A stretch of 64,000 bases of DNA. Source: Lunatimonas sp. (GTDB lineage: Bacteria; Bacteroidota; Bacteroidia; Cytophagales; Cyclobacteriaceae). Numbering within the stretch: position 1 is the first letter of the stretch; every line of letters starts with the position of its first letter. The stretch is taken from NCBI RefSeq assembly GCF_020832325.1, contig NZ_JAFIEU010000022.1, positions 12,692 through 76,691 of the forward strand, read 5' to 3'. A model generated the notes under the pieces. It made no database searches. It had not been told where the DNA came from and saw nothing but the letters and a program-made list of their open reading frames with translations. The translations under genes and the position numbers were made by a program. Shown one piece after another: positions 26,519 through 36,497 of this stretch.

Positions 26519-26989
26519 CTATTTGATGGCGTCTAGCCCAGCCGCGGCAATGATGCCGTCCTGAACCGAGGTGACACCACTTACTCCAATGGAGCCAATG
26601 ACGTGCCCGTCCCGCATGATGGGAACTCCACCCTCTACCGGCGTCACTCCCAGCGCCAAGATGTGTACATTGCCGGCTTTTACCGATTCCTCAAAAACTT
26701 TCGTAGCTCGCTTGAACTTAACGGCGGTTTCAGCCTTTTTCTGGGCTACATCCACACTTCCTATCTGTGTTCCATCCATTCTACGCAAGGCGACCAAGTG
26801 CCCTCCTGCATCTAGGATAGCGATGACAACATTCCAGTTGTCCTGCCTTGCCCTCGCCTCAGCCGCATCGGAGATTTTCTGTGCGTCGGCCAATGACAAT
26901 ACGGGCACCGTTTGGGCCTGAACCGGATTGAAACCGGTGATCAACGCGAGGATCATCAGCGATCCGAGAATCATAGTTTTTCTGATCAT
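26519..26989 (-). CDS. GlcG/HbpS-like (DUF336) haem-binding-family protein, secreted
   Basis: It has a signal peptide ending 'NPVQAQ'. 'VVIAILDAGGHLVALRRMDG', 'SVDVAQKKAETAV' and 'GGVPI...G.VIGSIGVSG' are also present. Confidence 0.8.
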   Translation of the reverse strand: MIRKTMILGSLMILALITGFNPVQAQTVPVLSLADAQKISDAAEARARQDNWNVVIAILDAGGHLVALRRMDGTQIGSVDVAQKKAETAVKFKRATKVFEESVKAGNVHILALGVTPVEGGVPIMRDGHVIGSIGVSGVTSVQDGIIAAAGLDAIK

Positions 26990-27034
26990 GGGTTTTTGTG
27001 TTAGTTTGCAAAAATTTGTTCTGTTAAAGATAAT

Positions 27035-27042
27035 TAAATTTG
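27035..27042 (+). promoter_or_regulatory. Bacteroidota-type -7 promoter box (TAAATTTG)
   Basis: Exact TAnnTTTG match, 43 nt upstream of the yjbQ ATG. Confidence 0.35.
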
Positions 27043-27084
27043 CGGTAACGCTGTATGTTATCGACTTGAAGTAAACAGATCTCC

Positions 27085-27510
27085 ATGGAATTTTACCAAC
27101 GCGAACTCCGATTGCCGCCTTTTCCGAGAGGCTTTCACCTGATAACCGATCAGATTGTGGATAACTTTCCCGAAATCAAAAACCTGAAGATGGGAACCCT
27201 ACAGGTCTTTATCCAACATACCTCCGCCGGGCTGACGATCAATGAAAATGCAGACCCCACCGTCCGCAAAGACTTCAACCGATTCACCAACGACTTGGTA
27301 CCGGAGAGCTACCCTCATTTTATCCATACCTACGAAGGCCCGGATGATATGCCTGCACACATTAAAAGCAGTATTTTTGGTTGCTCTGTACAGCTTCCCA
27401 TCACAACAGGGCGATTAAACCTCGGAACTTGGCAGGGCATCTACCTCGGGGAGTTCAGGGACCATGGCGGAAGCCGCCGGCTGGTATTGTCGGCATTTGG
27501 CAAGGTCTGA
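27085..27510 (+). CDS. yjbQ: YjbQ/UPF0047 family protein (secondary thiamine-phosphate synthase family)
   Basis: 'GFHLITDQI', 'LQVFIQHTSAGLTINENADPTVRKD', 'HTYEGPDDMPAHIKSS' and 'GTWQGIYLGEFRDHGG.R' are present. Confidence 0.85.
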   Translation: MEFYQRELRLPPFPRGFHLITDQIVDNFPEIKNLKMGTLQVFIQHTSAGLTINENADPTVRKDFNRFTNDLVPESYPHFIHTYEGPDDMPAHIKSSIFGCSVQLPITTGRLNLGTWQGIYLGEFRDHGGSRRLVLSAFGKV

Positions 27511-27620
27511 GCCTCAAAGACCACTGCACCACAGGTGGTTGAACCGGTTTTTGGGTAGTTTTCCACAAAATTATCCACATCCAAAAACCGGCTTCCAAAA
27601 CAAAAAGGCGAACTAGCCCC

Positions 27621-28937
27621 CTAAAATCCGCATTGGGAGGCAAAATCCTCTTCCATCAACAACAATACCCGATCGGGGCTTGCCGATCCGGATAGGTTGG
27701 GTCGAAAACGGTGTTTCTTCGGAGGGAGGGACTCACCAGCTTTCAGGTATGTGCCTGTTGCGGGGTCAAACCAATAAGCCTTAATTTTTTGAGCTTTTAG
27801 GGTTCCAAGCTTTGCGTCAATGGGTTTTCCCTCCGGCGTATAGACAATCGCAAAGAGACGCTTTTCATCCACCATAGCTACCCGGTATCCCCCGGTTGGC
27901 CAATTAAAGCCTCCCAAAAATGTCTGATCGGGCAGGAGTCGCTGCCATGGAAGCCGCTCGAAGAAGGACTTCATATATCCCATCTGTGCGGCTCCGGGAA
28001 GCTGCATCGCGGCTGCCCAAGAGCGATCGGCACGGTGTTGGGGTTCACGTCCTGCTGCATGCATCTGCCAAATCTCGTTGCATCCGTAGGTATGCCCCGC
28101 TGCACCGCTCAGCATGCTCCAGTAGGCCGCACGCCTGACATCGAAATCATTCAGTCGGTGCTTTTGCCATTTATTCAAAAAATTGGGAATATTTTCATAG
28201 CCCGGTTCACCGTCAATTATGGGCCGGGGAGGTATTGACCTTCGCGCCTTACGCACATATCGATATTCTTTGCAGCCCTTCATGTGCAGGGACTGAAACA
28301 TATCTATCTGCAGCCATTCTTCCTTGCCATAGATCAGGCTGGAAATATGGCCACCTTTGGGATGCATGGTCATCAAGTGGAGAGCTCCCCCGGCACGAAT
28401 CCCCTCCGACATCCGGCACACGACGCGGTAATCTTCCTCGTCTGCCGGCAGACGGTCTCCACCCATTACCCATACAATATTCGGCACTTCCTTGTATCGC
28501 TCTCCCAAGAATTTCCCGTACTGAAAAGCATTGTCCGGTGTGAAGATCTCTGGACCTACTCCCCAAGCCTTGTTGTACTTATCCCCCCAGGTAGGCAAAA
28601 GCCCGATGTAGATGCCCCGCTGTGCGGCCTCCTCCAAAACAAAATCCACAAAGGCAAAGTAGGGCTCATTGGGCCGGGTGGGATCCAACTCCAGTAGAGG
28701 TAAATCACCCAAGGCATTGGGCACCGTCAGACCCTCAAGTTCGGCGAGAATGACCGCTTGGATAATGGTGTAGCCTTTACTAGCCCGGTCATCGAGGTAC
28801 CGGACCACCTCTTGCTTATTCAAGCGGTGAAACAATTCCCAGGCGGTATCTCCCAACCAAAAAAACGGCGCTCCCTCTGAAGTGATTAGGTGACGCTTGG
28901 TGGGAGCTATTTGTAAAAGGGGCAATTTTCGGTTCAT
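27621..28937 (-). CDS. DUF4038 / glycoside-hydrolase-family-140-like protein
   Basis: 'EGAPFFWLGDTAWELFHRLNKQEVVRYLDDRASKGYTIIQAVILAE' and 'GIYIGLLPTWGDK' match the GH140 (DUF4038) N-terminal TIM-barrel pattern as I recall it. Confidence 0.7.
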   Translation of the reverse strand: MNRKLPLLQIAPTKRHLITSEGAPFFWLGDTAWELFHRLNKQEVVRYLDDRASKGYTIIQAVILAELEGLTVPNALGDLPLLELDPTRPNEPYFAFVDFVLEEAAQRGIYIGLLPTWGDKYNKAWGVGPEIFTPDNAFQYGKFLGERYKEVPNIVWVMGGDRLPADEEDYRVVCRMSEGIRAGGALHLMTMHPKGGHISSLIYGKEEWLQIDMFQSLHMKGCKEYRYVRKARRSIPPRPIIDGEPGYENIPNFLNKWQKHRLNDFDVRRAAYWSMLSGAAGHTYGCNEIWQMHAAGREPQHRADRSWAAAMQLPGAAQMGYMKSFFERLPWQRLLPDQTFLGGFNWPTGGYRVAMVDEKRLFAIVYTPEGKPIDAKLGTLKAQKIKAYWFDPATGTYLKAGESLPPKKHRFRPNLSGSASPDRVLLLMEEDFASQCGF

Positions 28938-29016
28938 AGCTGGAAAATTAAGGAATCAATCAGTCCCTCAAGGTAGCAAAGCCCCGAAAAAAATCCGAAT
29001 CGCTTCGATCCCAACC

Positions 29017-31008
29017 TTACATCTTTCGCTCAAACGCCGCTTTGGCTCCGTCCAAAAACTCAATAAACCGGGTAATTGAAGTGTCGTAGGCCCTTGGTTT
29101 GGCCAATGGAACTTCCCCGTGATCCAGGATGACGTAATAAGGCTGGGCGTTGTTGTCAAAACGTGTAATCTGAAAATCCGCATTTTGCTTGCCAATGGTC
29201 TTTTTTACCTTACCGTCGTAGCTGGAAGTATACCACTGGGACTCGGGTAGCTCATACCGCTCATCGATGTACAGGGCAACGACGACAAAATCCTCCTTGA
29301 GGCGCTTAAGGACGCCGGGGTCAGACCAAACCCGTGCTTCCATTTCCCGACAATTCACACAGCCGTGACCGGTAAAGTCAATGAACAGCGGCTTGTTCTG
29401 CCGCTTTGCCGCAGCCAACGCCTGATCGTAATCGAAATATCCCTGAATCCCATGGGGAAAGTGCAGGAAATCAGCATACTTGGGCACCTCGTCGAGGCTA
29501 GCTCCGTTGGTTTCTCCTCCCTGCCTGGAATAACTTACCAAATCAAAGTCGTGGGAAGACATGGGGGGCAGGTATCCGCTAAGTCCTTTAAGTGGTGCGC
29601 CCCACATCCCTGGAATCAGGTACACCACAAATACAAAGGTGGCAATAGCCAGCATTAGCCGGGGTACCCCTAAGTACTCCAAGGGACTGTCGTGGCGCAG
29701 CCGGATCTTGCCCAGCAGGTATAGACCCATCAAGGAGAAAATGACAATCCAAATGGCCAGGTAGATCTCTCTATCCAATATGCCCCAGTGATACACCTGA
29801 TCGGCAATGCTGAGGAACTTGAACGCAAGGGCAAGTTCTAAAAAGCCCAATACTACTTTCACAGAGTTTAGCCAACCACCTGACTTAGGTAGGGAGTTTA
29901 GCCACTCTGGGAAGATCGCAAATAATGTAAACGGAAGTGCAAAGGCCAGCGAAAAAGCAAACATCCCTGCAATGGGCTTGAGCAATTCCCCGCCAGCAGA
30001 GCTAATCAATATGGAGCCTACAATGGGGCCGGTGCAGCTAAAGGATACCAACACCAACGTGAAGGCCATGAAAAAAATGCCTGTTAAGCCTCCTTTGTCT
30101 GCCTTAGCATCTATTTTATTCACAAAACCAGTAGGGAGATTGATCTCGAACAGTCCTAAAAACGCAAAGGCAAAGAAAATAAATACGAGCGTAAAGAAAA
30201 TATTCGGAATCCAATGGGTACTGAGCCAGTTGGCAAATTCGGGCCCTTGGATGGCAGCGACGGCGGTACCGGCAATCGTGTAGATAGCGATGATGGAGAA
30301 TCCGTAAATAAATGCATTTCGAATACTGGCTACTTTGGATGTTCCCCTTCCCGTAAAAAACGTGACGGTCATGGGAATCATGGGAAACACGCAAGGAGTC
30401 AGCAATGCCGCCAATCCGGCCAAAAAGGCCACCACCATAAACCCTAGGAGGGATTGTTTTTCTTCTTCGTCCTCTGGGAGGAAGGCGGTAAAGCCACTTT
30501 CCTGATCCTCGGGACCAGCAGCCTGCAATGCAGCGGCATCAATGACAATTTCAAAGTCCTCGTCGTAACTGATACACTGATTGGTAACGTCGGAACACAT
30601 CTGATACTCCACCGTTCCTTTCAATACGCCTACAGAACCTTCGATTAGCAAAGTCTGTCGGTATTCACCCTGCTTGTCGAAGTAGTTTACGTCGCCCTCC
30701 CAGACTTCGTCGTATTTTGTTTTGTGGTCAATGGCCCGCAGGGTACCCTGCAAGGTCACCTTCTCATCAGCCTCCAGTTTTAGGATGGTCAGTAGCGGCC
30801 CCAAGTCCTCGTCGAAATCGTTGGTATATACATACCAGCCATTGGGGATGCTAACCTTCAACACCAACTCCACTTCCTGGCCCGGTTCTATTTCTCCTGA
30901 AGAAAGGGAAATGTCCCAATCCGGCGGAGAAATCACCTGGGCAGAGGCTCCAACAGAAACCAATAAGGCAAAAACGATACTATAGAAATACGATGTCCAG
31001 CTTTTCAT
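29017..31008 (-). CDS. dsbD: DsbD-family protein-disulfide reductase (alpha + TM + thioredoxin domains)
   Basis: It has a signal peptide. The N-terminal domain carries 'QMCSDVTNQCISY', the TM core carries 'LTPCVFPMIP' and 'SFSCTGPIVG', and the C-terminal thioredoxin fold carries 'FTGHGCVNCREME'. Confidence 0.85.
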   Translation of the reverse strand: MKSWTSYFYSIVFALLVSVGASAQVISPPDWDISLSSGEIEPGQEVELVLKVSIPNGWYVYTNDFDEDLGPLLTILKLEADEKVTLQGTLRAIDHKTKYDEVWEGDVNYFDKQGEYRQTLLIEGSVGVLKGTVEYQMCSDVTNQCISYDEDFEIVIDAAALQAAGPEDQESGFTAFLPEDEEEKQSLLGFMVVAFLAGLAALLTPCVFPMIPMTVTFFTGRGTSKVASIRNAFIYGFSIIAIYTIAGTAVAAIQGPEFANWLSTHWIPNIFFTLVFIFFAFAFLGLFEINLPTGFVNKIDAKADKGGLTGIFFMAFTLVLVSFSCTGPIVGSILISSAGGELLKPIAGMFAFSLAFALPFTLFAIFPEWLNSLPKSGGWLNSVKVVLGFLELALAFKFLSIADQVYHWGILDREIYLAIWIVIFSLMGLYLLGKIRLRHDSPLEYLGVPRLMLAIATFVFVVYLIPGMWGAPLKGLSGYLPPMSSHDFDLVSYSRQGGETNGASLDEVPKYADFLHFPHGIQGYFDYDQALAAAKRQNKPLFIDFTGHGCVNCREMEARVWSDPGVLKRLKEDFVVVALYIDERYELPESQWYTSSYDGKVKKTIGKQNADFQITRFDNNAQPYYVILDHGEVPLAKPRAYDTSITRFIEFLDGAKAAFERKM

Positions 31009-31108
31009 TAACTATACTTTCAGACCTTTTTAACTATATAGTAAGAAGGGTGGGCGGTCATTAGTTCCCCCCACCCCATTTTTCACCACTTATGTAACAT
31101 TGGTCACA

Positions 31109-32500
31109 TTAGCCCTTGGGGTGCATTCTTGCAAAATGTTGGAAAAACAATGCGATGGTTTCGATACCCATGAAATAGTTTTTTACTCCATAATGCTCAT
31201 TGGGGGAGTGAATGGCGTCGGTGTCCAGACCAAAACCCATAAGGATGGGGTCCAGTCCCAAAGCCTGCTGAAAGAGACTGGTGATCGGTATAGAGCCCCC
31301 TTCCCGGGTAGGGATTGCCTGCTTGCCAAAAGCCTCCTGAATGGCTGCTTCTGCCGCATGGTATCCCACGGAGTCGGTGGGTACTACGGCGGCCTGCCCT
31401 CCATGATGGGGAACTACCTTCACCTTTACAGACGCAGGCGCGATGGCCTTCAAATGCTCCTCAAACAGGCGGGCAATCTCTTTGTGATCCTGATTGGGCA
31501 CTAACCGCATGGATATCTTGGCATAGGCCTTGGAAGGCAACACCGTTTTAGCCCCCTCTCCGGTGTAGCCACCCCAAATCCCGTTCACGTCGAGAGTAGG
31601 TCGGATACCAACACGTTCTATGGTGGTATAGCCCTTTTCTCCCCAAACCTCTTCGATGGCCAACTTACGCTTGTAGTCGTTTTCATCAAAAGGGGCTTTG
31701 TTTAGTTGCTCCCTGTAGGCCGCAGTGTATGTCTCCACTCGGTCGTAGAATCCGGGGATGGTGATCCGGTTTTCCTCGTCGTGCAGCGAAGCGATCATTT
31801 TACACAAGGTATTGATGGGATTTGCCACAGCCCCGCCATAGGTTCCGCTGTGCAGGTCCCGGTTAGGTCCAGTCACCTCCACCTGCATATAAGCAAGACC
31901 CCGTAGGCCCACAGTCACCGAGGGCGTATCCATGGATAGCATGCTGGTGTCGGAAATCAATACCACGTCGGCTTGAAGTTTCTCTTTGTTTTGCTGTACG
32001 AATAGGTCTAGATTCTCCGAACCCACTTCTTCCTCTCCTTCGATCATAAACTTTACGTTGCAGGCCAGCTTACCCGATGCGAGCATGGCCTCAAAGGCCT
32101 TTACGTGCATGTAAAACTGTCCTTTATCGTCGGCCGAACCCCTGGCATAGATGGCGCCGTCCGGATGTTCTTCGGTTTGCTTGATAACCGGCTCAAACGG
32201 CGGTGAATCCCACAGTTCATACGGATCGGCTGGCTGAACATCGTAGTGTCCGTACACCAATACGGTGGGCGCAGAAGGATCGATGACTTTCTCACCGTAC
32301 ACGATCGGATAGCCAGCAGTTGGGCATATTTCCGCATGGTCTACTCCGGCCTTTTCCAAAGAGGCTTTTACAAATTCGGCGGCACGAAATACGTCCTCTT
32401 TGAACTTGGGGTCAGCACTTACGGAGGGAATCCGCAAGAGGTCGAGGAGTTCATTCAAAAATCGATCTTTATGGGAGGCAATAAACGCATTTACAGACAT
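31109..32500 (-). CDS. M20-family dipeptidase / metallo-hydrolase
   Basis: 'LLRIPSVSADP', 'LVYGHYDVQPA', 'IYARGSADDKG', 'MIEGEEEVGS' and 'HSPNEH' are present. The start is set at ATG 32500. Confidence 0.85.
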   Translation of the reverse strand: MSVNAFIASHKDRFLNELLDLLRIPSVSADPKFKEDVFRAAEFVKASLEKAGVDHAEICPTAGYPIVYGEKVIDPSAPTVLVYGHYDVQPADPYELWDSPPFEPVIKQTEEHPDGAIYARGSADDKGQFYMHVKAFEAMLASGKLACNVKFMIEGEEEVGSENLDLFVQQNKEKLQADVVLISDTSMLSMDTPSVTVGLRGLAYMQVEVTGPNRDLHSGTYGGAVANPINTLCKMIASLHDEENRITIPGFYDRVETYTAAYREQLNKAPFDENDYKRKLAIEEVWGEKGYTTIERVGIRPTLDVNGIWGGYTGEGAKTVLPSKAYAKISMRLVPNQDHKEIARLFEEHLKAIAPASVKVKVVPHHGGQAAVVPTDSVGYHAAEAAIQEAFGKQAIPTREGGSIPITSLFQQALGLDPILMGFGLDTDAIHSPNEHYGVKNYFMGIETIALFFQHFARMHPKG

Positions 32501-32555
32501 ATCATTGGAGTTGTTAAGACTCCAAAAATACGGCATTTTGGCCAAAAGCAACGGT

Positions 32556-33488
32556 TTATCTGAATTTTACCACTTTGCCGTGGCTCTTGGAGGTCATGTG
32601 CTGGGGTATGGCTCCGGCGATTTCATGATACAACAGTTCCACCTGCTTTTTTTTCAGGTAATTTCTGGTCAGCACCAAACTAACTTCCCTGACCGGCTGC
32701 TCTCCTTCGAAGGGGCGTACACGGGTTTTTTCTTCTTCCGAAAGGCCCAAAGTCGCCAACTCGGGCAGGAGTGTGATGCCGTCGTATTTGTTGACCAGAT
32801 TTTTCAACCCCTCCAAAGAACCACTTTCGTATTGGAAATTCATGCGCTGAAATTTGGAGGGCTCACATAGCGATAGTACTTGATCCCTAAAACAATGCCC
32901 CTGCTGCAACACCCAAAGATCTTCACCGAGGATATCCGCAATCCGCACCTTTTCCTTACGCAACTGAAGATGATTTACCGAGAGGTAAGCATAGAATTTC
33001 TCGTAAAAAATGGGTTTCTCCAAAATACCCGATTCCCCCAACGGAGTGACCACAATCCCGATATCAAGCTCGTCACTTTTCAGCCGTTTGAGAATATCTT
33101 CAGTCACCAATTCCTGCACCTGAAGCTTCACGTTGGGATACTTCCGGATAAAACCTTTGATAAACAGCGGCAAAAGGTAAGGTGCCAGCGTTGGGATAAT
33201 TCCCAGCTTTAACAGCCCTCCCACTTCGCCCTTCAGCTGTGCGACCGTCTCATAAATGGCCTTGCTCTCTGCCACCACCCGCCTGGCTTGTGCGATCAGG
33301 ATCTCTCCGGTTTCTGTAGGTATGACCGGCATTTTGGACCGGTCAAAAAATATCACACCCAGCTCCTTTTCCAGCTTGCTCACCTGTGCGCTTAGGGTAG
33401 GTTGGGTGACAAAGCAGGCCTCGGCTGCTTGGCCAAAATGTCGGTACCTGTCTACAGCTATGATGTATTCTAACTGCTGAATGGTCAT
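32556..33488 (-). CDS. LysR-family transcriptional regulator (OxyR-like)
   Basis: 'MTIQQLEYIIAVDRYRHFGQAAEACFVTQPTLSAQVSKLEKELG' is the LysR wHTH. There is a Cys in 'LQQGHCFRDQV', at the position of the OxyR redox Cys region. The OxyR subtype is inferred. Confidence 0.75.
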   Translation of the reverse strand: MTIQQLEYIIAVDRYRHFGQAAEACFVTQPTLSAQVSKLEKELGVIFFDRSKMPVIPTETGEILIAQARRVVAESKAIYETVAQLKGEVGGLLKLGIIPTLAPYLLPLFIKGFIRKYPNVKLQVQELVTEDILKRLKSDELDIGIVVTPLGESGILEKPIFYEKFYAYLSVNHLQLRKEKVRIADILGEDLWVLQQGHCFRDQVLSLCEPSKFQRMNFQYESGSLEGLKNLVNKYDGITLLPELATLGLSEEEKTRVRPFEGEQPVREVSLVLTRNYLKKKQVELLYHEIAGAIPQHMTSKSHGKVVKFR

Positions 33489-33580
33489 GGATTAGCTTCG
33501 TTTTAACAACGGATTAGATCCCTTGCGTATTACCAAAACAAAGGTACAATTGTTTTTTCTTTTTATTTAGATTTGATTTA

Positions 33581-33596
33581 AATAATGATTAATTTT
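33581..33596. promoter_or_regulatory. candidate Fur-box-like AT-rich element (AATAATGATTAATTTT)
   Basis: It resembles the GATAATGATAATCATTATC consensus core (AATGAT/ATTAAT). It lies in the 252-bp divergent region upstream of the iron ABC transporter operon. Confidence 0.3.
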
Positions 33597-33740
33597 GACC
33601 CGTAATTTGACCTGGAATGAAATCGGGCGGCGAAAAAGCACTACACAATAAGGCAGTCGCCTTTCCGGTTAGTAGTACACAGGCACATGCCAGCCATCAC
33701 TTCAGGACAAATTAGGTAAGCTAACAACATTAATCAACCA

Positions 33741-34766
33741 ATGAAGAAACTGATTCAAACCATTCTATTTGCAGGGTTAGTAGGGACGTTCTTTTCCTGC
33801 GGTGAAAGTAGCGAAGAGATTGTAAACGTCTACACCCACCGCCATTACGAGGCTGACCAGCAGTTGTTCGATAAATTTTCCGAACAGACTGGCATCAAAG
33901 TGAATGTAGTCAGCGCAAGTGCCGATGAGCTGATCCAAAAACTGGAACTGGAAGGCAAGGGTTCACCCGCAGACGTCCTAATTACGGTGGATGCGGGACG
34001 ACTACACCGTGCACAGGAGAAAGAGCTGCTTCAGGCAATCGATTCCGAAGTTTTGAACGCAAACATCCCTGCAAAATACCGGGAGGCTAGCGGACATTGG
34101 TTTGGGCTTACCTACCGGGCCAGAATCTTGGCTTACCACAAAGACCGGGTAGATCCTGCCGAACTGGAAAGCTACGAAAGTCTGACAGACGAAAAATGGA
34201 AAGGTAGGGTATTGACCCGCTCCTCCGAAAACATCTACAATCAATCCCTGCTGGCGTCCATCATCGCGGCACATGGGGAAGCTACAGCGCAGGAGTGGGC
34301 AGGCAACCTGCTGGCAAACATGGCCCGAAGCCCAAAGGGCTCGGATCGGGATCAGGTAAAGGCAGTAGCCGCCGGTGAGGGAGATGTGGCGATTGTAAAT
34401 AGCTACTATATCGGCATTATGTTAAACGATTCCAATCCGGAGGAAGTCAAAGCCGCTGAACAAGTTGGTATCTTCTTTCCAAACCAAGCCGACCGGGGCA
34501 CCCACATCAATATTTCCGGAGCGGGCGTAACCCGATACGCACCAAACCGGGAAAATGCGATCAAATTACTTGAGTTTCTAAGCGGCGAAGAATCGCAGCG
34601 CTTCTTGGCAAACATCAATTACGAATACCCGGTAAACGAAAAAGTAGACAAATCTCCGCTGTTAAAGTCATGGGGAGATTTTAAATCCGATGATATCAAC
34701 CTTGCCCTGCTGGGGCAAAATAACCGCAGCGCTGTCATGATCTTCGATCAAGTCGGCTGGAAATAA
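33741..34766 (+). CDS. Fe(3+) ABC transporter substrate-binding protein (FbpA/AfuA-like), lipoprotein
   Basis: It has the lipobox 'FFSCG'. 'VNVYTHRHYEADQQLFDKFSEQTGIKVNVV', 'SPADVLITVDAGRLHRA' and 'HWFGLTYRARILAY' are also present. Confidence 0.85.
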   Translation: MKKLIQTILFAGLVGTFFSCGESSEEIVNVYTHRHYEADQQLFDKFSEQTGIKVNVVSASADELIQKLELEGKGSPADVLITVDAGRLHRAQEKELLQAIDSEVLNANIPAKYREASGHWFGLTYRARILAYHKDRVDPAELESYESLTDEKWKGRVLTRSSENIYNQSLLASIIAAHGEATAQEWAGNLLANMARSPKGSDRDQVKAVAAGEGDVAIVNSYYIGIMLNDSNPEEVKAAEQVGIFFPNQADRGTHINISGAGVTRYAPNRENAIKLLEFLSGEESQRFLANINYEYPVNEKVDKSPLLKSWGDFKSDDINLALLGQNNRSAVMIFDQVGWK

Positions 34767-34842
34767 ATCAAGTAAAACCCAATTAAAGAATCCGGGACGG
34801 GATACTCCCTGTCCCGGGTCCTCTTAAACACCCAAAAATATC

Positions 34843-36477
34843 TTGCAGACGTACCGACAAAACTATTATTGGTGGAATTATTGGATTCTGGGATCCATCC
34901 TAATCCTGCTACTAATAGCCACCCCGCTGCTGACTATCTTTGTCAAGATATTTGAGCCACCCGGGAGTACCTGGTCACACCTGTCCGAAACCCTGCTGTT
35001 TGGATACTTTGCCAATACCCTCTTGATTTTGGTAGGCGTTGCCTGCTGCACATTTTTGTTAGGCGTAAGTTGTGCCTGGATCCTCACCAATTACCAGTTT
35101 CCCGGAAGGAGGTACTTCGAATGGCTGTTGATCCTTCCCTTGGGATTCCCAGGCTACATCATGGCCTACACCTATGTGGGGCTGCTGGATTATTCCGGCC
35201 CCATACAGACCTTTCTTCGCAACACCTTAGACATTCATGTCACCGGCAGCCTACTAGACCTGATGAATATTCCCGGTGCGATTTTCATCCTTTCCATTAC
35301 GCTGTTTCCGTACGTTTTCCTGCTGACCCGGGCTTCTTTTCTACAGCAATCCAAAACCCTTCAGGAGGCCTCTTACCTGTTGGGAAAAGGCAACTTTCAC
35401 ACGTTTATCCGGGTAGCCTTGCCTATGGCGCGTCCGGCCATCGTAGGCGGTATCGCCTTGGCCTCCATGGAAGTACTCAACGACTACGGCACCGTCAAAT
35501 ATTTTGGCGTGAACACCTTTACTACCGGGATATTTCGGGCTTGGTTTTCGATGGGCGATGCCTCCACGGCCATCTACTTGGCGGCAATTCTTATGACCAT
35601 GGTATTTGTCATCCTCTTTGTGGAAAGCCTGCAACGGGGAAACCGAAGGTACGCACAGGGAAATGGGATGAGCAAGCCTTTGGTACGGCTACAGGCCAAA
35701 GGATTTCAAAAATGGGCGTTTATGTCCATCTGCTCACTGGTATTTATGGTCAGTTTTTTCATCCCCCTGATGCAGATCATACACTGGGTATACCTTACCC
35801 ATGCCAAGGTGATGGATTGGAACTTTCTACTGTTGGTGTTTCGAAGCTTCAGCCTGGCGACCGGTGCTGGTATGATCATCGCCATACTCTCGGTGATCCT
35901 CCTGTATAGCCTGCGGCTGAGCCCCTTTAAGTGGCTGAAAAATATCACCCGCATCTCTACCTTAGGCTATGCGATCCCCGGGGCGGTGATCGCGGTAGGT
36001 ATCATGATCCCTCTCATCGCCATGGACCATTGGATCATCGACCAACTGTCGTCCAGCCGCACCGGTCTGGTGATTTCAGGAACCCTTTTCGCATTGGTCT
36101 TTGCTTATGTGGTCCGTTTTATGGCAGTAGGGTACAACCCGATTGATTCCGGATTCCAGAAGATCGGCATTCATGTCAACGAAGCCAGTAGGTTATTGGG
36201 CAAGGGGACGGGAAAAACGCTCTGGAAAGTGGATCTTCCCTTGATCAAAACCAGCCTGGTTAGTGGCATATTACTAGTCTTTGTGGATGTTTTAAAAGAA
36301 TTACCCTTAACTTTGATCCTTCGTCCGTTCAACTATCATACCTTGGCAACCAAAGCCTTTGATATGGCTACCAACGAAATGATAGCAGAATCGGCAAATG
36401 CTTCACTGATCATCATCTTGACGGGAATTGTTCCCATCATTTTTCTTAACAGGCTGATCAGAAGCAAAAATTTATAA
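34843..36477 (+). CDS. iron ABC transporter permease (fused two-domain, FbpB-like)
   Basis: A 544-aa polytopic ORF with two EAA-loop-like segments, 'LQEASYLLGKGNFHTFIRVALPMARPAI' and 'VNEASRLLGKGTGKTLWKVDLPLIKTSL'. The TTG start is uncertain. Confidence 0.85.
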   Translation: MQTYRQNYYWWNYWILGSILILLLIATPLLTIFVKIFEPPGSTWSHLSETLLFGYFANTLLILVGVACCTFLLGVSCAWILTNYQFPGRRYFEWLLILPLGFPGYIMAYTYVGLLDYSGPIQTFLRNTLDIHVTGSLLDLMNIPGAIFILSITLFPYVFLLTRASFLQQSKTLQEASYLLGKGNFHTFIRVALPMARPAIVGGIALASMEVLNDYGTVKYFGVNTFTTGIFRAWFSMGDASTAIYLAAILMTMVFVILFVESLQRGNRRYAQGNGMSKPLVRLQAKGFQKWAFMSICSLVFMVSFFIPLMQIIHWVYLTHAKVMDWNFLLLVFRSFSLATGAGMIIAILSVILLYSLRLSPFKWLKNITRISTLGYAIPGAVIAVGIMIPLIAMDHWIIDQLSSSRTGLVISGTLFALVFAYVVRFMAVGYNPIDSGFQKIGIHVNEASRLLGKGTGKTLWKVDLPLIKTSLVSGILLVFVDVLKELPLTLILRPFNYHTLATKAFDMATNEMIAESANASLIIILTGIVPIIFLNRLIRSKNL

Positions 36478-36497
36478 GGAAAAGAGGGCTATTCTGA

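Noticed and set aside
31048-31077. A gggtggg/cccaccc hairpin downstream of the M20 dipeptidase gene, as a possible terminator.
   Set aside because: The stem is only 7 bp with a 15-nt loop and a poor U-tract on the relevant (minus) strand. This is too weak to annotate.
35070-35909. A 279-aa plus-strand ORF in an alternative frame inside the iron ABC permease gene.
   Set aside because: It lies wholly within the well-supported 544-aa permease ORF (EAA loops, polytopic). Its translation is Pro/Arg/Gly/His-rich low complexity with no motif. It is a typical shadow ORF.
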